A stretch of DNA of 64,000 nucleotides from a virus. Shown here one piece after another: positions 9,509-18,948 of this stretch; position 1 is the first letter of the stretch; each line of letters opens with the position of its first letter. The position numbers and the translations under genes are program-made. The stretch covers positions 85,292 to 149,291 of IMG/VR virus record IMGVR_UViG_3300045919_000302; one strand, given 5' to 3'. The notes below the pieces were generated by a model. The model worked only from the letters and a program-made list of their open reading frames with translations, ran no database searches and had not been told where the DNA came from.

Positions 9509-10177
9509 TCAAAAGGGGATGTCCGAGTCTTCTGTTTCGGTGGAAGCGCCGGCATCAGCCGGGGTCTTCGTCAGATCCGTCCGCTTCTGCGTATCCACCG
9601 GGGCTCCCGCGAAGCGCAGGCGGGCCTGAATTATCGAGGCCGGCTGAGGGGCTAGGATCTTCTCCCAGTCGAGCGGCTTGGCAATGTCTGCCGCAAGTTT
9701 GGTGAGATCCACCTTTTCCTTGAGAGTGATGTCGTTACCACAGCGAGGTGACTTCTCTCCGTCGCGGAAGACTTCAACCTTCCATCCGGTGAGATCGCCA
9801 CCCTTCTCGGCGCGGCGGCGAGCAAGGAGATCGATCGAGTTGCCGGTGGCAACGAAGCCTTTCTTACTGTACTTGTATTCTTTTCCGTCGCTCCCCTTGT
9901 AGGGGGTGAGATCGAGGAAGCTGCTCCAGATCGTGTCCGTGCCGCGAACACCAGTTCCGCAGCCGAAGCAGTTTTCGTCCTTCGAGCAAATGAAGGTGAG
10001 CCACTTACTCCCCATGGGGACGGTGTGCTCGGTGACTTGGATCTGTTCATCCGCGAGAAAGACGCCAATGCGCTTCTCCCCGTCTTTCAAGCCGAACTTA
10101 TACATCCACAGCTCACGGCCCCCAGTGCTCTGGGCTACTCCGTGGTTCGCGTCTCCGGGCTTCTTGTACCAAGACAT
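9509..10177 (-). CDS. single-stranded DNA-binding protein (gp32-like)
   Basis: H...C...CFGC zinc motif, acidic tail EDSDIPF; start MSWYKK with AAGGAG SD. Confidence 0.75.
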   Translation of the reverse strand: MSWYKKPGDANHGVAQSTGGRELWMYKFGLKDGEKRIGVFLADEQIQVTEHTVPMGSKWLTFICSKDENCFGCGTGVRGTDTIWSSFLDLTPYKGSDGKEYKYSKKGFVATGNSIDLLARRRAEKGGDLTGWKVEVFRDGEKSPRCGNDITLKEKVDLTKLAADIAKPLDWEKILAPQPASIIQARLRFAGAPVDTQKRTDLTKTPADAGASTETEDSDIPF

Positions 10178-10287
10178 GGATTGCTCCTTGTGGTCACGTT
10201 TGTGACTATTTTTGGTCATCTTCGATGACACTGTTTTTCGTATGAGCCATCGTAATCACGACTCAGTACGAATTGTAAATCGATATT

Positions 10288-10536
10288 TTATTTTTTCTCG
10301 TACAACGATCTCGCCTCGTCGGAAGAACCGGTAGGATCTTTAGTGACGCTGGTCACGATGCGTCGAAGAATCTCGGGAGTGACCGCCGCAAGAACCAGTC
10401 CTGCGTCCGGACGCTTGATGATCTGTTGGTCCTTCTCCAGCTTTACGAGATCCGGGTCTCGGGCGATCACATAGGTGGCAATGCCGTACCCGAGGATGAT
10501 GCCGAAAAATAAAACCACCACCATTGCGAGGATCAT
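10288..10536 (-). CDS. small membrane-anchored protein
   Basis: N-terminal hydrophobic helix; ATGA overlap. Confidence 0.6.
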   Translation of the reverse strand: MILAMVVVLFFGIILGYGIATYVIARDPDLVKLEKDQQIIKRPDAGLVLAAVTPEILRRIVTSVTKDPTGSSDEARSLYEKK

Positions 10537-12260
10537 TTTGAATCTCCCTTGGAAGCGATAACGGTTGAAACCGACTCAACGACATCTCCGACCGAGATTC
10601 CGCTCAAGCAGTGATTCGTCCCGTACTCGCAGGACACGAACGTTACGGGGGGCCTTTGGTTGTGCAAACAGAATCGGCACTCTGTCTTGGGCACGAGCGC
10701 CAATGTTTTAGCCTCTCGGCTAATAACGCGGTAAGCCGGATCGGCCACTGTGAACAGACCGACGATCGGGACCTCTGTCGTCTGGGCGACGTGAAGGATG
10801 CCGCTGTCCATGCCGACAAAGACCACAGCTCTCTTGCACAGCTCCCGGATCTCGTGGATCGTCAACTCGTCCACGAGCGAGAGCCCTGGGAGAACGAAGT
10901 CCCCGCTCCTGCCGACGGTGACTACCTTCAGGCCCTGATTATTCAACTCATTGGCAACGGCCACCCAATTCCGCTCGGGCCACTTTCGATTGTCCCAGGT
11001 CCTTCCGGCCGCGTGAATCACGGCTACGCGGTCAATCCAAAGATCGACCGATCCAAGTTTATGCTTCAGAGTCTTAAGATCGGCATCGCCTGAGAACAGC
11101 TCCGGATCCAGACTCTCTCCAGCGACCGCCGCCTCCTGCGCGTAAGCCTCCCAGATTGGCACATTTGGCCGCTTCTCGTAAGCGAGGTCCAAATCGACAA
11201 ACCTGTCACGCTTGATACCAGCGGCAGACTTCACCGCAATCACCTGAGGATCATGCCGGAACACTTCGCCGCATTGAGTCTCTACGATCACCTTTCCCTT
11301 GGCCAATTGCTTCAGCTTCCGGATCACCCCGGTGGCCAAGATCACATCACCCAGGGCGCCTGTTCTCCGTACGACGATCGTCTCGGGAGGAGTCGGAGAC
11401 CTGAACGGGTGTTCGTGCGGGTTCTTTTGGAAGATCCACCGATCGGCGGTGTTGAAAATCTTTGGCATGTTCAATGAAGAAATTCCGTTAGAGAGCCCGA
11501 TAAAGTCATACCCCTTGAGGTCCTCTTGAAACTTCTTGAGACCCTCCATCTCCTTCATGTACCAGGCGCGATACTTGGATATCTTATCGGCTTCCGTTCT
11601 TCCGCGAGTAGCGCCCTCTGCGTGAATCGCTTTGATGGCAGGAGAATAAAAAACACGCCAACCGCTACTCCAGGCCCGAAGACAATACTCGGTGTCTTCG
11701 CATGCAACGAAGTAGCTCTCGTCCAGATTCCCGATCTGGTCGATCATCTCTTTACGGATGGCAAAGAGAGCGCCAGTTACGCCAAGAATGTACTCTGGTT
11801 TAAGAACCTTTGGATCGTAATCCGCGTGCCAGCCTCTATGAGAAAACATCCTTGCGGCTTCGTGAAAAAAAATCCCGCCGTGCTGAATCTTCCCATCCGG
11901 GTAGAAGAGGAGGCCACCGACGATCCCAATCTTTGGATCCTTTTGAAAGGCTTCAACGATCTGCTTGTCAACCCGCTCCGTGAATTCGATGTCGTTGTTG
12001 ACCAGGACAACAACGTCCCCGGTGGCTTTTGCGATCCCCTCATTCACCGCCTTGGCAAAGCCCCCGTTGGTCTCCCTCTGAATCAGAGTGACGCCCCATT
12101 CGCTGGCCAGGACCTTCATCTCCTCACGAATCTCAGTGCTGCTCCCGTCGTCCACGACGATGATCTCATGATTGCCACCATGGTGCCGAGAGAAGGATGC
12201 CAGGCACGCATTCGTGAGATCGGGCCTATTGATAGACGGGATGACGAAAGACAGTTTCAT
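10533..12260 (-). CDS. GT2 + GT9 (heptosyltransferase-like) fusion glycosyltransferase
   Basis: GT2: SFVIP, VVDDGS, NGGFAKAVNEG, LVNNDI, EDTEYCLR; GT9: TGALGDVILAT, GMDSGILHVA. Confidence 0.88.
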   Translation of the reverse strand: MKLSFVIPSINRPDLTNACLASFSRHHGGNHEIIVVDDGSSTEIREEMKVLASEWGVTLIQRETNGGFAKAVNEGIAKATGDVVVLVNNDIEFTERVDKQIVEAFQKDPKIGIVGGLLFYPDGKIQHGGIFFHEAARMFSHRGWHADYDPKVLKPEYILGVTGALFAIRKEMIDQIGNLDESYFVACEDTEYCLRAWSSGWRVFYSPAIKAIHAEGATRGRTEADKISKYRAWYMKEMEGLKKFQEDLKGYDFIGLSNGISSLNMPKIFNTADRWIFQKNPHEHPFRSPTPPETIVVRRTGALGDVILATGVIRKLKQLAKGKVIVETQCGEVFRHDPQVIAVKSAAGIKRDRFVDLDLAYEKRPNVPIWEAYAQEAAVAGESLDPELFSGDADLKTLKHKLGSVDLWIDRVAVIHAAGRTWDNRKWPERNWVAVANELNNQGLKVVTVGRSGDFVLPGLSLVDELTIHEIRELCKRAVVFVGMDSGILHVAQTTEVPIVGLFTVADPAYRVISREAKTLALVPKTECRFCLHNQRPPVTFVSCEYGTNHCLSGISVGDVVESVSTVIASKGDSK

Positions 12261-13435
12261 TTTCTCTCCAGTGTTGTCTGATAAAAGCGCTCCCAAAGTG
12301 GTGCGTTTTCCTTGATGTCAAACTTCCTTACGAACGTCGTATTGGCCTTGACCCGCTCCGAGAGATCAGTCCGGCAGGCTTCACGCAAGGCTTCAAACCA
12401 GCTTCTCTCGTCATTGGGCGTAGCCATCCCACATCCGATCGAGTCTCCGTACGTCACTCCAGCTGAGGCGATCGGGAACGACCCGATGGCCATCGCCTCT
12501 GTCACCTTGAGGTTCGATTTTCCTCTGTTGAAGGGGATATCTACCACGGGCGCGAGGCTGATCTCAGGTTTGATCGCCTTGTAGGTCTGGTAGTAATTCA
12601 TGCACGGCACCGCGCTAAAAAGAAACAATCGATCCTGCGGGATGATCTCAAGCAGAGCGCGATGGGCGTACCCCATCAAGCCGAAGACCACATCCTCACT
12701 CCGGGAGATCCGGCGGACCGCACCCACGATCAGCTCCAGATCCTTCTCATGCGACGGTCCTCCGGACCAGAAGATCATCTTCCTTCCCTGGCGCTTCTCG
12801 TCAAGATGCGGCGGCGTGATCTTTTGATTGTTCGAAAAGATGATGGGCTCGACCGGCGGCATCGCGCTGATCAGATCCAGATCAAGGCAGTTCGGGATGA
12901 CCTCCACGTTCGGGAGATAATTCGAGTAGAGCTGCTTGAGGTAGGGCGTGGTCACGTCTACAGCGTCCGAGATCCGAAAGCTTTCTTCGATGATCTCCCG
13001 CCTGGACACATGGAACTGATGACCAGGGTTCCATTCTGGGATATTCAGATAATCGTCGTCGGCTGTTTGAACCACCACCTTGCCGGCGGACTTCGCGAGC
13101 CGCATCAGCCTCAGGTGGCTCATACCCACCGGCCGCTGGAACACGACGACGTCACTCTGGTTAATTTTGTCCAGGATGGATTTTTTCCACACCTGGATGT
13201 CGGCAGCCGACACCAAGAGCCTCTTGCAGGAGGCGCAATGGGACTCTTCCTGGTCCCACTGCACGTCGTAAGGCCCGCAGTAGAGCCCAGCGCTCATGCA
13301 CGGGTCGCAAAATACCTGCCGCTCGAACTCCTCGTCTTCGCACTGGTGTCCCCGCTCCGAAAGCTGGGACATGGGTGTAAGGACTCGAACCATCCAGCAG
13401 GCGTCACGACGTCTGGTCGCGTAAAAAATTTTCAC
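12257..13435 (-). CDS. GT-B fold (GT4-like) glycosyltransferase with Cys-rich insert
   Basis: DVVVFQR, ADDDY, WSGGPSHEKDL, LAPVVDIPFNRGKSNLKVTEA; GTG start with GGAGG SD. Confidence 0.85.
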   Translation of the reverse strand: MKIFYATRRRDACWMVRVLTPMSQLSERGHQCEDEEFERQVFCDPCMSAGLYCGPYDVQWDQEESHCASCKRLLVSAADIQVWKKSILDKINQSDVVVFQRPVGMSHLRLMRLAKSAGKVVVQTADDDYLNIPEWNPGHQFHVSRREIIEESFRISDAVDVTTPYLKQLYSNYLPNVEVIPNCLDLDLISAMPPVEPIIFSNNQKITPPHLDEKRQGRKMIFWSGGPSHEKDLELIVGAVRRISRSEDVVFGLMGYAHRALLEIIPQDRLFLFSAVPCMNYYQTYKAIKPEISLAPVVDIPFNRGKSNLKVTEAMAIGSFPIASAGVTYGDSIGCGMATPNDERSWFEALREACRTDLSERVKANTTFVRKFDIKENAPLWERFYQTTLERK

Positions 13436-14088
13436 TTTCGCCTCCAATTCAGTGGTCTCGTTGCAGTGTCTTGTTCTGTCCAGCCATACCGGAGACGGGT
13501 ATGAATGGTTGCAGGCTTAAGGCCGGTCCGCCTTGCCCACTGAGCGATGGTCATCCGCTCTCCGTTTGCGCTAACAAAACGATTCTTTCTTAGATTGTTT
13601 TGCTGCTCAGTCCGAGTGGCCCATCTGCAATTGCTTTTAGAGTAATTACCATTATTATCGATTCGATCCAGCGTTAGCCCATCGGGTCGCTCACCCATGT
13701 CGTTGAGGAAGCCCTCAAACTTATGCCACCGCTCGCAGACTCCGATCCCTCTGCCTCCATAGTTGTGGTAGGCTCGGTTTTTTTCGCTATAGCAACGCGA
13801 CATCATGCCTTCCCAAATGCCGTACATTCTGGTCTTGGACATCCCATGGGTCACGTTGGATGCGGAGACATTTCGACCAAGTTGAGCCGAATTTTCCCTA
13901 CGGAAACAGCCGCAGGAAGTCGTATGACCAGATCTCAGATTGCCGGCCCGGACAATCTTCTCGGCTCCACAATCACAGCGACAGACCCATAGCCTCGTCC
14001 AGCCGCGCGACTCAAGGAAGCTCACAGCTAAAAGTCGACCAAACCTGTCCCCTTCCTTGATGTTACCGACTCCACGCACGGATTCCAA
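13432..14088 (-). CDS. free-standing HNH homing endonuclease
   Basis: CRCDCG, SCGC, YGGRGIGVCERW, LTLDRIDNNGNYSKSNCRWAT. Confidence 0.9.
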   Translation of the reverse strand: MESVRGVGNIKEGDRFGRLLAVSFLESRGWTRLWVCRCDCGAEKIVRAGNLRSGHTTSCGCFRRENSAQLGRNVSASNVTHGMSKTRMYGIWEGMMSRCYSEKNRAYHNYGGRGIGVCERWHKFEGFLNDMGERPDGLTLDRIDNNGNYSKSNCRWATRTEQQNNLRKNRFVSANGERMTIAQWARRTGLKPATIHTRLRYGWTEQDTATRPLNWRRK

Positions 14089-15148
14089 CCTCCACCCCTC
14101 CTTTACCTATTACGAATTCGCCCACACTCGACAATGCGGCGTCAACATCTGCTGTCGTCCAAGAATCTGGATCTCTTCCTTCGAAACCATCAGCGAATAG
14201 AAACCTGTAGTCCGACTCCACCCATCGCGGCGACATCACGGACTTTGGTATGAACTCCGGATTGAACTTCACGCCTGCTATGCCGACTCTTTTGCTTAGG
14301 GTGATGAAAATCCTCTGCCCCTGCTCCTGGGCGAAACGAAGCCCAGGCTTGTCACCGTCTACAAAAAACAACACCTCATCGGCCCAATTTTTCAGTTTTT
14401 CGAAATGCTGCATGGATAGGCTGGTTCCCATCGTCCCGAGCACGTTTTTTAATCCCCGCCGCTCCAGCGCTAAAACATCAAAAAAGCCCTCAACCAGGAT
14501 CACTCTCCTGCAAGAGTGATCCAAGAATCGCTCTCCGTAAAACACCGAGTCGCGCGAGAGCCCGGGATAATGTTTGTATTTATTCTTAACAAGACCAGTC
14601 AGGTCCCGGCCGGACACGCCGATGAGCTGGCCTTTAATACTGCGAACCGGGAAGATCATCCGCTTCTCCAGCGGGTCATACCCGATCTCCCACCTGATGA
14701 CCTGCTCCTGGGTCAGGCCGCGCTCGAAGGCGTACTTCGGGATCTCTTCAAGAAACTTCTTGAGCGTGTCCTCGTCAATCACCATAGCCTTCTCGGCGAT
14801 CTTCCGACCGAACTTACGAGAATAGGCCCCGTAGGGTTTCTCGATTTTCTTCCAGGTCGTTCCGCCTTGATCCCCTTCGATCTGGGAAACGTAGTCATAG
14901 GCTCGATAATCCCCCGAGTGGTCGCCGTACGTCCTGGCGAGCTTGCGGACCGTGCCTTCATTTCGGCAACTCCAACACCTGTAGAGCGACGGCTGGCCGG
15001 CCCTGGCGGTCAGCGAAGGGCTCCGGTCGCGTCCCTTGGTGTGCGTCCATGGGGCCAATGGGCAGTGGGTGGACTTGTTCGTGCCGCTCCCGCTCCGGAG
15101 CTTCGACCCCATCAGATCGAAGACGAAGTCCAGCTCCTGGTCAGTCAT
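14063..15148 (-). CDS. dnaG: DNA primase (zinc-binding + TOPRIM)
   Basis: CP...H...CWSC; LVEGFFDVLAL; FVDGDKPG. Confidence 0.88.
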   Translation of the reverse strand: MTDQELDFVFDLMGSKLRSGSGTNKSTHCPLAPWTHTKGRDRSPSLTARAGQPSLYRCWSCRNEGTVRKLARTYGDHSGDYRAYDYVSQIEGDQGGTTWKKIEKPYGAYSRKFGRKIAEKAMVIDEDTLKKFLEEIPKYAFERGLTQEQVIRWEIGYDPLEKRMIFPVRSIKGQLIGVSGRDLTGLVKNKYKHYPGLSRDSVFYGERFLDHSCRRVILVEGFFDVLALERRGLKNVLGTMGTSLSMQHFEKLKNWADEVLFFVDGDKPGLRFAQEQGQRIFITLSKRVGIAGVKFNPEFIPKSVMSPRWVESDYRFLFADGFEGRDPDSWTTADVDAALSSVGEFVIGKGGVEVGIRAWSR

Positions 15149-16410
15149 CCCCAGTCCTCATCCTCGTCACGCTGACTGACGCGGCGGGGTCCGCTCGGGG
15201 CGATGCCCACTTCCGAGAAGTCCATCCGCGTGAAGTCCCAGCGAACCTTGAGCGCGTTCTTTGAATTCTCGCCTTCGCGAACCTTGAGAGGATAGATGCT
15301 CATCTGACCCGACTCGACGTCCTCATCGAGCTGGACCAGACCGAAGACGTTCGTGGCGTTCCATCCGAGCACGTCGGACATGGCCAGATCCTCCAGGCCC
15401 ATGTCGCCCTTCTTCTTTTTGGTGGAGTCGCGGTTCAGCTGGGTCGTCCCGATGATGCTCTTACTATAAACCATCGAATAGGTCTTGAGGTCGTCAGCGA
15501 CCAAGGCCATGTTTTCCATGCGGTCGCGAGTCTTCTGGCGGGCTTTCACACGGTAGCAGGCATCCACGATCACGAGCTTGGCCTTGGTGCGTTCGATCGC
15601 CCGCTCAATATCGATCGTGGAAAAGCCCTTCTCTGCGTCCATGATCTCGATGTCCACGGCCGGGTTGTACTGGTCCAACTCCTGGAGAAACCGTTGTTCC
15701 TCCATCGTGCTCAGCTTGCCCTTGCGGAAACCCCCGTAGTTGGCCTGAAACTCCATTGCGAAGAATCGCCCGGCCAGATCTTCCTTCGACATTTCTCCGG
15801 AGATGAACAGGACAGACTCACCTTCCTGTCTTGCTTTCTTGGCCATCGCCACAGCACAAAAGGTCTTCCCGATCCCGGTGCGGGCGGAGACGAAGCTCAC
15901 ATCCTTGGGCCACCAGCCCATCGTCCAGGCGTCCATCTGAGGCCATGGGGTCCGGATCCCCATCTTGCCGGCCTTGGCGTCAAGGTAGCGTTGCTTGACG
16001 ATCTCCTTGACTGCTCGAACTTCGACGACTGAGCCGCCGCCCTGAGATCTCTCCTGGGCTTTTACGAACTCCCGCAGCTCCGCGTAGGCCGCGAGCGAGT
16101 CGTCCTTGTTCATCGCGCTCTGAACTTTTACGAAGGTCTCGTTCAGCTCGTTGTAGAGCGTGCGCTTCTTAATCTCCGTGATCCAGAACCCGATGCCCTC
16201 CTGGGGCTCGGGGATGCTAACCTCAAATTTTGCCTCAACCAACTCGCGGGAGGGAATGGTCCGATGTTCGCTGAAGTACTCCTCCAGGAACTTCCAGATC
16301 GCGATCTCGCCTTCACTGGAAAAGTCGGCGACGGTAACGCCCTTCTCCGCCGCGAGCAGGAAGGCTTTCTCTTTGATGACTGAACCGACAAGCCCGAGAT
16401 CGAGGTTCAC
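15145..16410 (-). CDS. dnaB: replicative DNA helicase, DnaB-like
   Basis: ARTGIGKT, FISGEMS, VIVD, TQLNRD, KVREGE. Confidence 0.9.
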   Translation of the reverse strand: MNLDLGLVGSVIKEKAFLLAAEKGVTVADFSSEGEIAIWKFLEEYFSEHRTIPSRELVEAKFEVSIPEPQEGIGFWITEIKKRTLYNELNETFVKVQSAMNKDDSLAAYAELREFVKAQERSQGGGSVVEVRAVKEIVKQRYLDAKAGKMGIRTPWPQMDAWTMGWWPKDVSFVSARTGIGKTFCAVAMAKKARQEGESVLFISGEMSKEDLAGRFFAMEFQANYGGFRKGKLSTMEEQRFLQELDQYNPAVDIEIMDAEKGFSTIDIERAIERTKAKLVIVDACYRVKARQKTRDRMENMALVADDLKTYSMVYSKSIIGTTQLNRDSTKKKKGDMGLEDLAMSDVLGWNATNVFGLVQLDEDVESGQMSIYPLKVREGENSKNALKVRWDFTRMDFSEVGIAPSGPRRVSQRDEDEDWG

Positions 16411-16952
16411 TTTTTCATCTCCACAATCTCTAGGGACTGAGTAATGGCGCTAATCAATCTGGGTGACTTGACTCCGATGGATCGATCCATTTCGTCCAAG
16501 CTCTCGAAGTCCGAGATGACGACCGTTCTCGTATTCGCGTGGTGCCGGGCAATGATCAACCTCTCAGTGGCGCTCAAGAGGATGTAGGGCGGGACCTTGT
16601 AGTTATACCCCGAGAGGACCAGGAACTCCTTGGTCGCCAGGGCGTCGAGATCGTAATCCTTGGGGCTCTCGTCCAGATCGAACGAGGATATGAAGTAAAC
16701 CGTCCGCCGACGCCGAAAGATGCTTCGGAGCATCTTGGCCGCAAGTCTTTCGGCCCAGTCCACGTTGCCGATGAACAGGAGGCCCTTCTCTGGAAGCTGG
16801 GTTCGGCTCAGGTCGAACGATTCGACATAGGCTCTGGCCTTCTCCTTGATCGGATCCGGAACTCCTTCCAGATCGCTCTCCCAGAAGCGCCGTGGAAGAT
16901 TGGCATGACCGAAGTCAAACTCGGTCATGGACTTCTTCTCCTCGGTCACCAT
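16407..16952 (-). CDS. DnaC/IstB-like helicase loader, degenerate ATPase
   Basis: ANLPRRF, AYVESF, KGLLFIG, RLIIARH...TVVIS layout; lies between initiator and DnaB. Confidence 0.6.
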   Translation of the reverse strand: MVTEEKKSMTEFDFGHANLPRRFWESDLEGVPDPIKEKARAYVESFDLSRTQLPEKGLLFIGNVDWAERLAAKMLRSIFRRRRTVYFISSFDLDESPKDYDLDALATKEFLVLSGYNYKVPPYILLSATERLIIARHHANTRTVVISDFESLDEMDRSIGVKSPRLISAITQSLEIVEMKK

Positions 16953-17335
16953 GTGCTCCTCTTGATGCCTTCGAGCTTCTCGGATTTCACTTCTTTGACT
17001 TCAAGACCCGTCTTAAACCAGGGATACCACTTCGCATATCGCCACTCGGCGATCATCTGGTGAAAGTTCGGAATCTCTTTCAGAACACGATCGTCGCGCT
17101 CACGGCCTCGTAACTCGGTCCAATTTTTTGCGGCCCAACTTACGAACTCTCGGGCCTCACCTTCGCCCATGCGCTCAATCATGAGCTTCACGTGCGCCGG
17201 CCACCGCCACGAATCGAAAATCTCGATCGGCTCGATGCCGACCTCCGCGAGCTGGGTTTTAAACCAGTCGAAAAGGTCCTCGGCCTTTCGCTCCCACTTC
17301 TTGCCCAGTTTCCCGGGCCTCCCCATGTTGTCCAT
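16946..17335 (-). CDS. paralog of initiator C-terminal domain
   Basis: EIPNFHQMIAEWRYAKW...GIKRSTW matches the neighbouring gene. Confidence 0.7.
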   Translation of the reverse strand: MDNMGRPGKLGKKWERKAEDLFDWFKTQLAEVGIEPIEIFDSWRWPAHVKLMIERMGEGEAREFVSWAAKNWTELRGRERDDRVLKEIPNFHQMIAEWRYAKWYPWFKTGLEVKEVKSEKLEGIKRSTW

Positions 17336-17387
17336 TTGCCTTAGTCGTAGCTCGTGACAAAACGTTCAGCAAGAAATTTTCTTTTCC

Positions 17388-17415
17388 TACGCCCGCCAGG
17401 ATCCGGGCCCCCGTA
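17388..17415 (+). repeat. 28-bp quasi-palindromic motif, copy B
   Basis: TACGCCCGCCAGGATCCGGGCCCCCGTA. Confidence 0.7.
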
Positions 17416-17416
17416 A

Positions 17417-18436
17417 CTAACCCCAAGAGGAAGTTTTAATCCCGGCCATGACGCTGACCTTCGGCCGACGTGAATCGCCCACTCGCGCACGCTTCGGACG
17501 TTTGACTCCGAGCATCCGGGCGCTCCAGCACTTGTAGCGCCACGGTACGATCATCTGGTTGAACGTCGGGATCTCGTAAAGCTTGCGACCGTCAGATCCG
17601 GTAGTCTGGGCCAGGGTCTCCCAGTGGGCCACGCTGTACTCGATCACCCGCTTGGCCATGTCCACACTCTTGAAGTTTCTCAGCATGGCCACGATCTGTG
17701 GAAGCTCCCAGGATCTGAGAGCCTGCTTGTGGTGAAGTCCTCGCGCCTGCATCGCGCTCGTAAAACTTCCCCAGACCTCCTCCGCTGCCGCTTGGCGCTT
17801 CTCGGACCACCGGAACTCGTCCATGGGTCTCTGGAGCTTCTGCCAGCGCAGCTCAGGCGATTCCTCACCTTCAACGACGGCCCGCGTCAGCGGGGTATTT
17901 TCCACAGAGGGGTCCGCAAAGCTTTCTTTGAGCGGAACCAAAACCAACTCTTGGGTATCAGTCTCTCCACGGGGAGTTCCCCCAGGTACCAGACTTTTTC
18001 TCTCCGCGTCAGCGGAGTGTAATATAATATTACTCTCAATCTCTTTTTGTCCTAGAATTTGACACCCACCCGCGTCAAGAAGCTCGCGAAGTGTTTCGTC
18101 CGGAGTTGAGAGTTTTGGCTGATAGCTCATGAGTTTCTTGGTGAACTTATAGACATTCGATGTGCCGCAACGGGCCGCCCAGTCCACATAGCCCTTCTCA
18201 CGAAGCTGCCTTAGCGCCGTACAAACAGTTTGCCGCGTAGCACGAATCTCCCTGGCGATGGTCTTCTGGGAGGGAAAGCAACCAGTCCACCCGGGTAAGT
18301 TTCGGAAGTAGCCATAGAGGGAGCAGAGCACGGCACGTTCCAAGCGGCTCAGATCCGGGCACCGATCGAAGGCAAGAGGTACGACACGCTGAGCACCAGC
18401 CAGGCCGGCGACCACATCAAAATCATTTACAAGCAC
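17417..18436 (-). CDS. replication initiator-like winged HTH protein
   Basis: CFPSQKTIAREIRATRQTVCTALRQLREKGYV...SNVYKF; upstream of loader, DnaB and primase. Confidence 0.75.
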   Translation of the reverse strand: MLVNDFDVVAGLAGAQRVVPLAFDRCPDLSRLERAVLCSLYGYFRNLPGWTGCFPSQKTIAREIRATRQTVCTALRQLREKGYVDWAARCGTSNVYKFTKKLMSYQPKLSTPDETLRELLDAGGCQILGQKEIESNIILHSADAERKSLVPGGTPRGETDTQELVLVPLKESFADPSVENTPLTRAVVEGEESPELRWQKLQRPMDEFRWSEKRQAAAEEVWGSFTSAMQARGLHHKQALRSWELPQIVAMLRNFKSVDMAKRVIEYSVAHWETLAQTTGSDGRKLYEIPTFNQMIVPWRYKCWSARMLGVKRPKRARVGDSRRPKVSVMAGIKTSSWG

Positions 18437-18461
18437 AGATCCCCCACAATTTTGTAGTGAC

Positions 18462-18526
18462 CCGTGTAGCAGAAATGTTACTACAGAACTTGCTACGGCT
18501 CTGTAGTTGTTTTTTCTGCTACACGG
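18462..18526. other. long hairpin upstream of initiator
   Basis: Perfect 14-bp inverted repeat CCGTGTAGCAGAAA/TTTCTGCTACACGG with inner ACTACAGA/TCTGTAGT. Confidence 0.75.
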
Positions 18527-18557
18527 AAAAGGGGTACCTTCGCGGGTGCCCCTTTTT
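18527..18557 (+). terminator. intrinsic terminator (folds best on plus strand)
   Basis: GGGGTACCT-TCGC-GGGTGCCCC then TTTTT; G-U pairs on plus become C-A mismatches on minus. Confidence 0.7.
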
Positions 18558-18657
18558 GTTTTACATGGGGCTCAGCATGCAGCGAGAGACTGCGCCTTCG
18601 CAAGCGCAAAAAATTTGATTGAGTCGAGAAGAAAAAATTCTCCGACCTTCTCAGGTC

Positions 18658-18948
18658 TTAACGCTTTTGCTCACAGAGTGGGCACGCGCCCATCTTCACG
18701 TTGAGCGCAGCCAGAATGTATGCGCTCATGTTTTGCAGCTTGGAAAGCTTGCTTGCGACCTTGGGATCAATTCGTACTGCGACGTTCTCCTTGGTCTCTT
18801 CGGACTTCTTCGGCCACGCCTTCTTGCAGACTGGACAGTTGTATTCCAGTGCCTCGACGCTCTCCTGGATGGTGGCCCCCTTTTTTTCGCTCTTATCCAA
18901 GAGACCTGAGATTAATCGAGTGACTCGTGCGCTGATGACTTCTTTCAT
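18658..18948 (-). CDS. small regulator-like protein with two CPxC motifs
   Basis: Two similar halves ending CPVC and CPLC. Confidence 0.65.
   Translation of the reverse strand: MKEVISARVTRLISGLLDKSEKKGATIQESVEALEYNCPVCKKAWPKKSEETKENVAVRIDPKVASKLSKLQNMSAYILAALNVKMGACPLCEQKR

Noticed and set aside
13432-14088. Group I intron around the free HNH genes
   Set aside because: Flanking genes are complete and abut or overlap the HNH ORFs, leaving no room for a ribozyme core.
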